Assembly: GCA_028826165.1 (NCBI GenBank)
Contig: JAPDFW010000092.1
Span: 930,001 to 994,000 of the forward strand
Direction: 5' to 3'
Source: Anaeramoeba ignava BMAN
Lineage: Eukaryota > Protista > Anaeramoebae
DNA: 64,000 bases
Under the pieces are notes generated by a model. The model did not search any database. It was not told where the DNA came from and saw only the letters and a list, made by a program, of their open reading frames with translations. This document shows, in pieces, positions 1-14,104 of the stretch; position 1 is the first letter of the stretch; every line of letters begins with the position of its first letter. The position numbers and the translations under genes are program-made.

Positions 1-113
1 TGATATTCAATACTTTTTTGAAGATTTATTTTATTTGGTAATTGATTTTTAAGTTCTTTAGATTCTAATATAATTTGTTCCAAATCATTTTTTAATTCCA
101 TTTTTAATTCCAT
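1..113 (-). CDS. 5' end of an unidentified gene running off the left edge (MELKMELKNDLEQIILESKELKNQLPNKINLQKSIEY...)
   Basis: ATG at 113 on the minus strand, frame open to position 1; a TTTCATTTT motif lies ~40 nt upstream, as for the other genes. Confidence 0.5.
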   Translation of the reverse strand, partial: MELKMELKNDLEQIILESKELKNQLPNKINLQKSIEY

Positions 114-236
114 TTTTATTTAAAATTTTTTAAAAAATAAAAAGAAAAAAATGAAAAAAAAATTTTTGAAAAAGAAAATAAAAATTTTTCAATTTAAATT
201 TCAATTTTAAATTTAATAGACTTTCCACATTTTTTC

Positions 237-3200
237 CTACAAATGATGATATTCTATTTGAATAAAATGAAGTAAATCAGAAACTGCGAATTGAATTGAG
301 GAATTTTTTATTGCCATACAATCACATAAAATTGGGAAAAGAAAATATAAATGAAATTTTGATCCATTATATTCAAGTGGAATTTGAAAATTTGAATTTT
401 TAATCACATTTAAATTTTTTGTAAGTGTTCCTTGTAAATATTTTGGGTTTAAAGAAAGGTTTTTGAGTTCTTTAAGTAAATAAATGATTGTATTTTGAAG
501 ATTTCTAAAAAAGAGAAAAGAATGAAAAAAATTATAAATAAATTTAAATCGGAAATAAATTTAAATTAGAATTTACTGTGGAATTGGAATTGATAAACTC
601 CTTGATTCATAATTAATCAAATGATCTAATAAACCAATTGTTTTAACAATCAAAGAACCAACTAAATCTTCTAAAATTAATTTACTTTCCTTCAAATTTT
701 GAGAAGATAAAAATTTAATCCAATCAAAAATCAACGAAATGGATTTAAATGATAATTTAGATCTAGTAAAATGTTTATTAACAATAAAAGAAGAAGATTT
801 ATGCAAATCAATATATGGAATTGTAATAAAAGCACCTTCAAAAAGTATTCCTTGAATTTTACAAACTAAATTTTCATCATAAAATTTCAAAACATTTTCA
901 AACATAAATTTCTTGAAAATATCAAATAAATTCATTTGAGTTTTTTCTTCTTCTCGAGCTTCTTTGATGGAAAATAATTTGATTTTTCTATTCAAAATAA
1001 GAAAAAATAAGAAAAAAATATAAGAACAATTTTAAAAGAAATAAATTACTGAGAGGAAAGAACAAATAATTGAATCATATCAACAACAATATTCTGGAAT
1101 GAATAAATATCACGAACGCTTTTTATTTGATCTCCACGAAGATCAAGCTCTTGAAAAGTATGAGTAACGATAGAAAGAAAAACTTTGTTTGCCTTTTTGC
1201 GTATTTGGTCATTTGTGATTGAATCTTCATTTAAATTTTCATTTTGCGATCGAATCTCCATAAAATATGACTGAGGAAGCATAAGAAGCATAATAACTTT
1301 AAGCAATCTGGGAGATAATTTAATTGCAATTTCAACAGGGCATCTCTCGCAATACATCTTGCGAACAATTTTGAGTGCATATGTACCAATATACACATTG
1401 TTTGTAGCGGCAATTTGCGGGGAACTTAAGTCCAGATCGAACACTTCGTCTCCCGCAAATAAAGTAAGAAGACCCTTTTTTGAAGGATCATTACCAAAAG
1501 AATTTTCTTCTTGAAGCTTCTCGTGTTTTGGATCAATTACATTTGAGATTAAGGACTCATTTTCAAGAAAAGGGTTGTCATTCAAAGTGTTTAGATCAAA
1601 AGGTGAAAAATTTTTTGATTTTTGGATCGAAAAAATATTTGTTAAAGGAAGAAGAACAAGATTGAAAATAACAGGCCAGAACTGCGGAGACTTTTCAGGA
1701 ATCATAACAAGGATCAGATCCAATATTTCTCTTGTCACAGGAAACAATTTGTATGAGGATGAAAGTTGATAATTTTTTTTTTGCTCGGTTAAGGATAAAA
1801 GAAGAAACATTCGGAAAAATCTTTTGAGTTCGTTCATTGTGAACGCGGATATTCCCAGTCGGAGAATAACCTTCTTAATCACCAAAATAAAAGTTTTCAA
1901 TCCGTCCATAAGAAAAGGATGGTCCTTGTTTATAAAATCGTTAAGAATTCTCCCAAAAACGCTCCAAGAATATTTCCATAGAGTTGGAGTTGAAATTTTT
2001 GAGAAAGTCTGATTATTTTGATCTGTTTGTGTTTCAATGCAGCCATATGCCGAGAATAATTCCTCAAAACTTTGTATTGATTGGACAGAAAGATTTTCAT
2101 GCGGTTGAAGAGCAGCATCTTCGAAAAAAGAAATGATTTTTTGGCAAGAGTTCATGAAAAAATCTGTCAATTGAAAAAAACGACAATTAAGTAAAATCAC
2201 GTGAGCAATTTCTCTGAGTGATAAAGCAAATGTTTCAGCCCATTTATTCCACGGATTAGTTTCTTCTAAACTCAATGGAATTAGTTGCTGAGGGAGGATT
2301 TCTTCTTGGATATCTTGTTGTTGTTCTGTGTTGTTGCGACGAAAAAGTTCATTTGAATATTTATTGTGGATACTTGTCAAAATTCCCACAAGTACATTTT
2401 CTATAAGAAACTCCCATTCTGAAAAACCTACTAATGATCCAAAGCTTGCAAGTATTGTGCCGAGCGTTTGCACAACACAATTTCGGACATCGGGTCTTTC
2501 ATCTTGAGAAAGATCCTTCAAAGAAACCGCTACAGTGATCCAAATACTTTTTTCTGATTTGGAATCATCAAGATTCTTTTCTGTGCTTGTTATCGCTTCT
2601 CCAGAAACGCGCGCAGCATGATTACAAACAGTGGAAAATAAACTAATAGCTGTCAATGACGTGTTGATGTCAGTCTTCTGTTTGACTAGCATTGACAAGC
2701 AAGGAATTAAAAGGGATGAGACATTGGCAGGCGGGAGGTTTCTGAGAAAATCCGAGCAAATAAGCTCCACACTCGAAACACTTGAAGCCAATATAGCCTT
2801 GTCTTTTGATCCCGCAGCAACCCACAGAATGCGGATAACTGTAGCCCAACCTTGGGTGATTCTGTGTCCAACGGTATGAAGTAATCGGGACAAATTTTCC
2901 AGTGTAAGAAACAAAATTGAACTGTTTTTTTGGATCGTTTCCATTTCAAGCGTTTTGAAGAACTTATTTTCCATTTGCGGGCTTATTTTCTGTTCTGAAT
3001 TATTATCATTAGCGCTTATAGCTTGCGTTATTATAGAGAAAATTATTCTTAATCCTTTTTCTCGCAATGCGGAAATAGGAGAGGAAATTGTCGCTGAAAT
3101 AACGCCTTCAAAAAGCTCCCAAACAAGGTCTAATCGTTGATTGTCTTTCGCGCTGATCTCTTGAAGTCCGTTTAATGCAAGAGCTTGTGGTTTAATGTCG

Positions 3201-5541
3201 CTAATACTGATCTGTTGAGACTGATTTTGTTTGATTTTTTGATCCAGTTTTTTTTGCAATTTCTCAAAATAAAAACATAAAAATTTGACAATTCGAATAA
3301 AAGAAGAATCCTCTTGTTTTTGTGTGTTCCCAAAAAACATGCGGACATTTGCACGAACAATGTCAATTTCTGCTGAAAAGTCAGTGTTTTTTTTTTGGCG
3401 TTGTTCATCCAACATAATCTCAATCAGCTCAATTGTCTCCATTGCTACACTCCATGAATCCCTTAGAACGGCGCCACAATCCTCCGCAACTTCAATCATA
3501 GTCTTCATTGCTTGCAGGCTTTTTGATGTTATCTCTTGATCTTTCTGCCGATTTTCTTCAATTTTCACTTGCACTTTGTTCTCATCCTCATTTCCGTTAT
3601 CAAGTCTTTTTAGAAGACCCAATTCGCGCGGAAAACAAAACAACGCCATCTTGAGAATACAATCATCTTTCTCTTTTTCTAACGAGAGTTCTCCAGAAAC
3701 CCAAATTAACGACTTTAAAGATTCCAAAAAAAGTCCTATTGTTTTTTCATTTTCAGAAAATTCTACTAAATTGACTGATGTTTGAATCAAGGAAACAATT
3801 AAAGGCTTTGCGAACTCAATAAGAACTTCATGAATCACGCGCTCGTTTTGCAAATTGTTTTTCTGATTTTCGTTGTTTTCTTGACTTCGTTTTTGTTCCA
3901 CTTTTTGGATCGTTAATTCATTTTCTTTTTGTTTTTGAAGTTCTAAAGAATGTAAAAGCAAATGTCGAATGTTTTTTATAACCAACACAACAACTTCACT
4001 TGTCATTTTCAGCATATTAATTGCATTCCAAGGTTCAGTTGAAACGGTTTCTGAAACATTTAAATAATAGAATCCTTTTTCAACCGATTTCAACTCAGAA
4101 TTTTTTGCGGAAATCTTGATCAGTTGATCCTATTTTTTTTTGGATTAAATGACATGCCTGAATACCAATTTTGACAATAAATTTGATGTAAATGTCATCA
4201 TGTTTCAACGACTCAAAAAAAGAAAAATTTAGATCTTCAGAAAAAAAAAATGATCTTAAAAGATCTAAAGCTAATGGATAAAGTTTATGGTTTAATTTTG
4301 AGTTGCAATAAAAATTTTCTACAACTTCTAAAAGTTCTTTCATTTCAAAAGTCAAAACTGAATAATAATTATTTAATACTAAATAAAACAACCTCATTTT
4401 GCGTGTTTTCAATGTCAAATCTTCTTCTTGATCAAATGTTTTTTTTAAATAAGGAATTAATTCATTTTTCATTACTTGTAAAATTTTTGGATTCTTTTTG
4501 TTTTTTGTTTTTTTTTTTAAAGTAAAATCAAATAAACATTTGACTTTGATTATTTTTTTTTTTAATAAATTTTTGTTTTACTGTTAAAATAATTTCCTTT
4601 TTTGTTGAAATTAAAACTTCAATCAATTCAAGAATTATTACAAAAGGAATATCTTTAATTTTAAACCATTGAACTTCTTTTGATTGAACAAAACCACAAA
4701 GATTCTTAAAAAAAAAGCAGCAAAAACAAAAACAGGAACAAAATTGAGAAGAAAAAAATGATTAAAAAAAAATGATTAAAAAAAAAATGATTAAAAAAAT
4801 GTTTGTCAAAATTCTTACAAAAAATAAAGAAGATGCTAAATTGGAATCAGTTTCATTTTTTTGAACTGCGCGATCAAAAATCATTGAGCAAATTTGACGG
4901 AGAGTCGCAATAGCAGAATTTGTAAGAATAGTTGTTCCTTTTGAATAGATAAAAAAGCATAAATGAAGTGAATCATTGATTGATTCTTCTGAAACATTTG
5001 GATTGCTAGTCACAAAAATAACAATTAATTGAAGAATTTTGAGTTGAGTTTCTTGGTCTTTTATAGTATTGATCATATCTCTAAGTTGATGAAAAAGAGT
5101 TGAAATGATTTTCTATTTTTTTGAAATTTTTTTAATTTTGAATTTTTAATTTTTAATTTTGAATTTTTAAATTCAAAATACATCATTTGTAAGTCGAGAA
5201 TTCATAAGTTTTGTAAAAGCTGTAATTGATATACGAATTAAATTTTTGTTTTTTGTTTGAATTCCAAGTAAAAAAGGTTTGGATATTTCTTCAGATATTG
5301 TCACATTAAAATTGGCTTTAAAAAAGAAAAGAAATAAATTAAATTTTTCATTTGATAATTTGAATTTAATTTCAAATTTAGTTTGTAAATAAAAAAGAAA
5401 TTCACTTGTTAAATCATTTTGAGATTGATTTATTTGTCGAAGATAAAATATTGCTTTTTCACATGATTCTTTAATAAGAGAATTATTTGCTTCTGTTGCT
5501 AATTCATGAAGATGAGTTTGTATTTGTTTTTCAATATTCAT
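237..5541 (-). CDS. MON2: MON2-like protein (Sec7-family-related Golgi/endosome trafficking scaffold), multi-exon
   Basis: DCB-type N-terminus (KPFLLGIQTKN..., QLKILQ, NSAIATLRQICSMIFDR); central GAVLRDSW, GWATV, VELICSDFL, DINTSLTAISLF, DERPDVRNCVVQTL, KWAET; C-terminal HLYFLFPILCDC. GT-AG introns join ORFs 5173-5541, 4762-5076, 4095-4472, 1046-4093, 573-995 and a last exon ending TAG at 237. One apparent +1 frameshift near 4100. Confidence 0.85.
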
Positions 5542-5712
5542 TAATATAAAAGAGAAAAAAAGAAAAAAATGAAATTTTAATTTTCATTTTAATTTTCCAA
5601 AATAAAAATTAAGAAAGAGTTGAGCCATTTTATTCAAGAGAAGGATTCATAAAAAAAAATGTATTGTTTTGTTTTGCAAGAAGTTAAGAAGAATAATAAA
5701 AAAAAAAGTGAT

Positions 5713-7275
5713 TTATTTTTGCATTTGATGTTTTCCATTAAATTGTTTTAAACTTTCAGGAACAGAAGTATTTGTAACTGAAAGTTTTTTCAAAACAGGA
5801 AGTAATTTCATAAGTTGAGTATCATTCATATCATCAAACCAACTTTGTATCTTAATAGAATTATTTGGATGAAAAAAACAAGTGAGATCTGAATCATCAA
5901 TTAAAACAGTTGAATCAAGTTCAGTTCCCATTTTGGTTAAATCTTTAATAAAGGATCCATTATATGGAATACATGAATCTCGATATAAACGTTTTCCAAT
6001 TTGATTATTTTGATTTAGAAAATCAATTACTTGATTTGCATACTATTTTTTAAAAATTAAAATTAATTTTAATTTTAATTTATATTTATATTTATATTTA
6101 TATTTATATTTATATTTATATTTATATTTATATTTATATTTATATTTATATTTATATTTATATTTATATTTATATTTATATTTATATTTATATTTATATT
6201 TATATTTTATATTTATATTTATATTTATATTTATATTTATATTTATATTTATATTTATATTTATATTTATATTTATATTTATATTTATATTTATATTTAT
6301 ATTTATATTTATATTTATATTTATATTTATATTTATATTTATATTTATTTAAATATTTTAAATATTTATATTTATAATATTTATATTTATATTTATATTT
6401 TAAATATTTATATTTATATTTTAAAATTTATATTTATATTTATATTTATATTTATATTTATATTTATATTTATATTTATATTTATATTTATATTTATATT
6501 TATATTTATATTTATATTCTTAAATTGATTAATAAATGATCCACTTTTTTAATAGATGCCTTTATTTACATTTGATTGACTTGAAGTATAAATTGTAACA
6601 TCAAAAAATTGAGCCATTTCTCTTAAAAAACGATCTAATCCTGGTCTTTTTTTAACATAAATTGTAACTTCTTGATCTTTTAAAGGAAGTTTAAAACTAA
6701 AATCTGGACATTTAATTGGCTTTTTATTTATTTTTAATTAAAAGGAGAAAATTTTAATTTTTTTCTCCTTTTTTTTTTATTTAAATAATAAAATAACTTA
6801 CAGTAAGTGTACTGTGTATTAATGTTTCGTCAAGATCAAGTACAAGTGTTTTCTTAGAGGAATTTGTTGAATAAGTATCAAAACTTAGAGATTTTGGTAA
6901 ACCTTTTTTTCTTCTTTCTAAATCAAGAAATCTAAATCTATTTCTTGTTTTATTTGTTTTATTTTCTTCATTTTTTTCATTTTTTATATTTTTTATATTT
7001 TGACAAGAAGAAAATAAATGATTTTTTTTTTCTTTCTTCTTTTCCTTTTTTATTTTTGTTTTTGTTTTTGTTTTTGTTTTTGTTTTTGTTTTTGTTTTTG
7101 TTTTTAAATCCAAATGTAAATTTTTTTCTGTTTGTTTTGTTTTAAAATTATTTTTATTTTTATTTAAATTTTGTTTTATTTTTGTGTTTGTTATAATGTT
7201 TGTTGTTCGAAATTGATTTGTTATTTTGTGTTGTGTTGTTATTTGTGGAAAAGATCTTGTTGGTAGAAGAGACAT
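5713..7275 (-). CDS. CTD small phosphatase (SCP/FCP1-like, NIF domain, HAD superfamily), 3 exons
   Basis: [15 protein letters not shown] (DxDxT), [60 protein letters not shown] introns ~6720-6801 and 6043-6569. Confidence 0.92.
6043..6569 (-). repeat. Intron 2 of the CTD phosphatase, filled with (TTTATA)n
   Basis: GTAAAT donor at 6569, TAG acceptor at 6043; near-perfect hexamer array ~6080-6520. Confidence 0.9.
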
Positions 7276-7489
7276 TTTAAATAGTTAAAAATTTATTTTT
7301 TTTTTATTAGAAAATAATATAAAGAAAAAAAAAAAGAAAAATTTAAAAAAAAAAAAAACAAAAAAAATTTTTGAGTTTTTAAAGATCAAAAAAAATAATA
7401 ATAATTAGTCATTTAATTAAAAAAATTAATAAAAATTCTTTTAAAATTAGTAATTTTTTTTTCTTTTTTTTTTAATTAAAAATAAAACC

Positions 7490-9590
7490 TAAATTTAATT
7501 AAATAAAATTATGTTCCACTTTATTTTCCTTTTTTAAATTAAATTAAATTATATTCCACTTTATTTTCCTTTCTAAATTTAAATTAAAATTAAATTAAAT
7601 TAAATTAAATTATATTCCACTTTATTTTCCTTTTTTAAAATTTAAATTAAATTGAATTAAATTAAATTAAATTAAATTAAATTAAATTATATTCCACTTT
7701 ATTTTCCTTTTTTAAATTAAAATTGAATTAAAATTAAATTATGTTCCACTTTATTTTCCTTTTTTAAATTAAATTAAATTAAATTAAATTAAATTAAATT
7801 AAATTAAATTATATTCCACTTTATTTTCCTTTTTTAAATTAAATTAAATTAAAATTAAATTGAATTAAATTGAATTAAATTATATTCCACTTTATTTTCC
7901 TTTTTAAATTTAAATTAAATTAAATTATGTTCCACTTTATTTTCCTTTTAAAATCAAATTTTTTATTCATTTTTATATTTTTTTATTTTTAAATTAAATT
8001 AAATTAAATTAAATTATATTCCACTTTATTTTCCTTTTTAAATTAAAATTAAATTAAATTAAATTATATTCCACTTTATTTTCCTTTTTAAATTAAATTA
8101 AATTATGTTCCACTTTATTTTCCTTTTTTAAAATTAAATTAAATTTTTAAATTAAATTAAATTAAATTATATTCACTTTATTTTCCTTTTTAAATTAAAT
8201 TAAAATTAAATTAAATTATATTCCACTTTATTTTCCTTTTTAAAATTAAAAATAAATTGTTCCTTTTAAATTAAATTAAATTAAATTAAATTGAATTAAA
8301 TTGAATTAAATTATATTCCACTTTATTTTCCTTTCTAAAATTAAATTAAAATTAAATTATAAATATATTCCACTTTATTTTCCTTTTTTAAATTAAAATT
8401 GAATTAAATTAAAATTAAATTAAATTAAAATTAAATTAAATTATGTTCCATTTTATTTTCCTTTTTTAAATTAAATTAAATTATATTCCACTTTATTTTC
8501 CTTTTTAAATTAAAAAAATTAGAAAAAGAAAAATTTAAAAACAAATTAGAATTAAATTCCACTTTATTTTCCTTTTTTAAATTAAAATTAAATTAAAATT
8601 AAATTATATTCCATTTTATTTTCCTTTTTAAAATCAAATTTAAAATTAAATTGAATTATATTCCACTTTATTTTCCTTTTTTAAATTAAAATTAAATTAA
8701 ATTTAATTAATTTATATTTTTATTTTCCTTTAAAATTTAAAAATTAAATTGAATTAAATTATATTCCACTTTATTTTCCTTTTTAAATTAAATTAAATTC
8801 CACTTTATTTTTCCTTTTAAATTTAAATTGAATTGAATTAAATTATATTCCACTTTATTTTCCTTTTTAAATTAAAATTAAATTAAATTCCACTTTATTT
8901 TCCTTTTTAAAATTAAATTTAAAATTGAATTAAATTAAATTCCATTTTATTTTCCTTTTTAAATTAAATTAAAATTATATTCCACTTTATTTTCCTTTTT
9001 TAAATTAAATTAAATTATATTAAAATTAAATTTAGAATTATATTCCACTTTATTTTCCTTTTTAAAATTAAATTAAATTAAATTAAATTATATTCCACTT
9101 TATTTTCCTTTTTAAAATTAAATTAAATTAAATTCCACTTTATTTTCCTTTTTTAAAATTAAAATTAAAATTAAATTAAATTATATTCCACTTTATTTTC
9201 CTTTTTTAAATTGAATTTAAATTAAATTAAATTATATTCCATTTTATTTTCCTTTTTAAAATTAAATTTAAATTATGTTCCACTTTATTTTCCTTTTTTA
9301 AATTGAATTGAATTAAATTATATTCCACTTTTTTTTCCTTTCTAAATTAAAATTAAAATTAAATTATATTCCACTTTATTTTCCTTTTTTAAAATTAAAA
9401 TTGAATTTAAATTTAAATTAAATTGAATTATATTCCACTTTATTTTCCTTTTTAAAATCAAATTAAATTAAATTAAATTATATTCCATTTTATTTTCCTT
9501 TTTAAAATTGAATTGAATTATATTCCACTTTATTTTCCTTTTTAAAATTTAAATTAAAATTATGTTCCACTTTTTTTTTAAATTCCATTT
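7490..9590. repeat. Intergenic minisatellite: ~40 copies of TTCCACTTTATTTTCCTTTTT separated by variable (AAATT)n
   Basis: Counted by eye; lies between the Furry stop (9708) and the upstream region of the phosphatase (ATG 7275). Confidence 0.95.
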
Positions 9591-9707
9591 TTTTTTTATT
9601 TTTATTTTTTATTTGAAAAAAAAAACCAAATTCAAATCAAATTCGAAAAAAATAAAATTAAAAAAGAAAAAATCAAATTCTCTTTCTCTCTTTTTTCTCT
9701 TTCTCTT

Positions 9708-12700
9708 TTAAAAATAACTCATTTTTTCAAAATTTTCAATAAATTGAGGAATTTCAGTTAAAGTTGCTTTTAAATCAATATTTGACTAAAAAAAATAATT
9801 AATAAATAAAATTAAAAAAATTAATAAAATTAAATTTTTGAATTTGTTTGTAAATTTAATTCAAACCTTTGCTGGGAATATTTGTTGAATTGAATCAATA
9901 AATTGAATGAAAATATGAAATAAAGAAAGAACCTGTTTTTCTTGTTTTAAAAATGAAGAAAAAAATGAAGTTTCATTTTGATGATCAGGTTTTTCTTGAG
10001 AAAGAAGTTTTTCAATCGCATTTTGAGTATCAGTTGATAATTCCATATAAATTGTTCTTGAATCTTCAAATAACTCAATATTTCTTTCAACCAAATCAAT
10101 AGAATCTTGTGAAGTTTCTGAAAAATCATCTTCATTTCCATCAACTACAAAATTAGTTAAATTGAAAAATTCTGGGAATAAAACTAGATTTCTTAATAAA
10201 TTTTGGATATTATCATCAATAAAATCCCATGCTTTAACTTGTTGAGTAAAAATATTATATTGTTTAATAAGTATTTGAGTTAATGCTTGACAATTTGTAA
10301 ATAAATTCAAAACATCTTCATATGAAATCAATGGTTCTCCAACTACTTCATTCCAAGTATCAATAAAATCATCTATTTTTTGCTGAATTTCTTTTTGTTC
10401 TGTTTGTTTTTCTTTCACTAAAGAGATACTGCTTTTTTGTTCTGTTTTAATTTCTTGAATAAAATCCATATATTCTTCTTGTTCTTTTTGATTTGTTTCT
10501 TGATTTATTTTATCCTTAGTATCTTGACTGTTTTGTATAAAATCATTTTCATCAAAGGAATCTGAATTTTCATCATTGGGAATTTCATTAATAAAATCTA
10601 AAGGAGGTTCGTCTTCATTTTCTTTATTTTCAACATTTTGAATAAATAAGAAATTATTATCTTCTCCTTTATCACTTTTTGGTGTTTTTAAATCATCTGG
10701 AATTTCTGATTCTTTTTCATTTGGTTTAGTTTTAATTTCTTGAATAAATGAATCTTGTTCTTTATTAATTTCTTTATCATTTTCTTTATCAATTTGTTTA
10801 TCATTTTCTTTATCAATTTCTTTATTAATTTCTTTATCATTTTCTTTATCAATTTGTTTATCATTTTCTTTATCATTTTGTTTATCAATTTCTTTATCAA
10901 TTTCTTTATCATTTTCTTTATGTTTGTGACTATGTGTATGCTTATGTTTATCATTTTCTTTTTTATTTTCTTTATTACTTTCTTTATGTTTGTGACTATG
11001 TGTATGTTTATGTTTATCATTATCTTTATGCTTATGTTTGTGATTATGTGTATGTTTGTGTTTATCATTTTGTTTATCATTTTGTTTATCACTTTCTTTT
11101 TCACTTTTTTTATCATTTTGTTTATAACTTTCTTTATGTTTATGTTTGTGACTATGTGTATGTTTATGTTTATGTTTATCATTTTCTTTTTTATTTTCTT
11201 TTTCACTTTTTTTATCTTTATGTTTATGTTTGTGACTGTGTGTATGTTTATGCTTATCATTTTCTTTTTTATTTTCTTTTTTATTTTCTTTATCAATTTC
11301 TTTATCATTTTGTTTATCACTTTCTTTATCACTTTCTTTATCAATTTCTTTATCAATTTCTTTATCATTTTCTTTTTTATTTTCTTTGTCATTTTCTTTA
11401 TCAATTTCTTTGTTTTCAACATTTTGAATAAATAAGAAATTATTATCTTCTCCTTTATCACTTTTTGGTGTTTTTAAATCATCTGGAATTTCTGATTCTT
11501 TTTCATTTGGTTTAGTTTTAATTTCTTGAATAAATGAATCTTGTTCTTTATCATTTTGTTTATCAATTTCTTTATCACTTTCTTTATCACTTTCATTATC
11601 AATTTCATTATCAATTTGTTTATCATTTTCTTTATCATTTTCATTATCACTTTCTTTATCAATTTGTTTATTAATTTCTTTATCATTTCCTTTATCATTT
11701 TCTTTATCAATTTGTTTATCATTTTGTTTATTAATTTCTTTATCAATTTCTTTATCACTTTCATTATCATTTTCTTTATCATTTTGTTTATCATTTTGTT
11801 TATCAATTTCTTTATCAATTTGTTTATCATTTTGTTTATCATTTTGTTTATCAATTTCTTTATCATTTTCTTTATCAATTTCTTTATCATTTTCATTATC
11901 AATTTCATTATCACTTTCTTTATCACTTTCATTATCAACTTCTTTATCAATTTCTTTATCAATTTGTTTATCAATTTCTTTATCACTTTCTTTATCAATT
12001 TCTTTATCAATTTCATTATCACTTTCTTTATCATTTTCTTTATCACTTTCATTATCAACTTCTTTATCAATTTCTTTATCATTTTCTTTTTTATTTTCAT
12101 TATCAATTTCTTTATCATTTTCTTTATCAATTTCTTTATCAATTTGTTTATCAATTTCATTATCACTTTTTTTATTAATTTCTTTATCATTTTGTTTATC
12201 AATTTCTTTATCATTTTCTTTATCATTTTCTTTATCAATTTCTTTATCAATTTGTTTATCAATTTGTTTATCAATTTGTTTATCACTTTCTTTATCACTT
12301 TCTTTATCACTATCAGCAAAACTATCATGATCTTGATCTTTATTACTTTCTTTGTTTTTATCCTTATCAATTTCTTTGTTTTCAACATTTTGAATAAATA
12401 AGAAATTATTATCTTCTCCTTTATCACTTTTTGGTGTTTTTAAATCATCTGGAATTTCTGATTCTTTTTCATTTGATTTAGTTTTAATTTCTTGAATAAA
12501 TGAATCTTGTTCTTTATCAATTTCTTTATCAATTTCTTTATCATTTTCTTTTTTATTTTCATTATCAATTTCTTTATCAATTTCTTTATCATTTTCATTA
12601 TCACTTTTTTTATTAATTTCTTTGTTTTCAACATTTTGAATAAATAAGAAATTATTATCTTCTCCTTTATCACTTTTTGGTGTTTTTAAATCATCTGGAA

Positions 12701-14067
12701 TTTCTGATTCTTTTTCATCTGGTTTATTTTTAATTTCTTTATCACTTTCTTTATCAATTTCTTTATCAATTTCTTTATCACTTTCTTTATCAATTTCATT
12801 ATCAATTTCATTATCAATTTCTTTATCACTTTCATTATCAATTTGTTTATCACTTTCTTTATCACTTTCATTATCACTTTCATTATCACTTTCATTATCA
12901 CTATCAGAAAAACTATCATGATCTTGATCTTTATTACTTTCTTTGTTTTTATCTTTATCAATTTCTTTGTTTTCAACATTTTGAATAAATAAGAAATTAT
13001 TATCTTCTCCTTTATCACTTTGTGGTGTTTTTAAATCATCTGGAATTTCTGATTCTTTTTCATCTGGTTTATTTTTAATTTCTTGAATAAATGAATCTTG
13101 TTCTTTATCATTTTCTTTATCACTTTCATTAGAGGTTTCATTCAAACTTTCTTTATTACTTCCATTTTGATCTTTGTAATTTTCATCTTCTTCAATATTT
13201 TTTTGGGTAATTTCTTCTTTTGATTTTGATTTAGATTTTGATTTTGATTTAGATTTAGATTTAGATTTAGATTTAGATTTTGATTTAGATTTAGATTTAG
13301 ATTTAGATTTAGATTTAGATTTAGATTTTGATTTAGATTTTGATTTAGATTTTGATTTTTGTTTGTCATTTTGATCTTCTTGATTTTCAGTTTTTTTATT
13401 ATCTTCATCTTGTAGTTTAAATGCTTGAAGCAAAGGGTGATCATCAACTTCATTTATTTTTTGATTTTGAAGTTTATCAATTTGTTCAATTTCTTCAAGT
13501 AATTCCATTAGATCGTCATCATTAAAATTCTCTGAAAAGCTTGGCTTTTTCATATTATCTTGAAATATATTTGGTATTATATCTGGGTTTTCATCTGGTA
13601 TTATATCTTGTTTTTGATCTTGTTTTTGATCTTGATTTGTATTTTCAATAAATAATCTTGATTTTCTTTTAATTATTCCTTGATTTGAATATTGCTTAAT
13701 ATTTTTAATATTTTTATTTTCATTTTCATTTTCGTTTTTATTTTCATTTTCATTTTCATCTTCATCTTCATCAATGGCAAATATTTCATCGAGATCAACT
13801 GAAGAATCTTGAGTCATAAGTTTAAGCATGGATTCTTCATTTTCATAATTTTGTACACTTGAAATCTTATTAAGATATCCTTGTATTGGTGAATTAGTAA
13901 AAGATTGATATCTATCCATTGAAAAACTGAATTTATTTTCTTTTTCTTTTTCTTTCTCTTTTTCTTTTTCTTTTTCTTTAATACTTTTTTTTTTATGATC
14001 TTTCTGATGTTCATCATCTTTAATACTGCTAATACTTTGAGTTTCACTTTCGCTTCGACTTTTGTTT

Positions 14068-14104
<37 letters not shown>

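Noticed and set aside
7490-9590. CRISPR-like repeat-spacer appearance
   Set aside because: Spacers are only (AAATT)n, not unique sequence; no cas genes; eukaryotic context.
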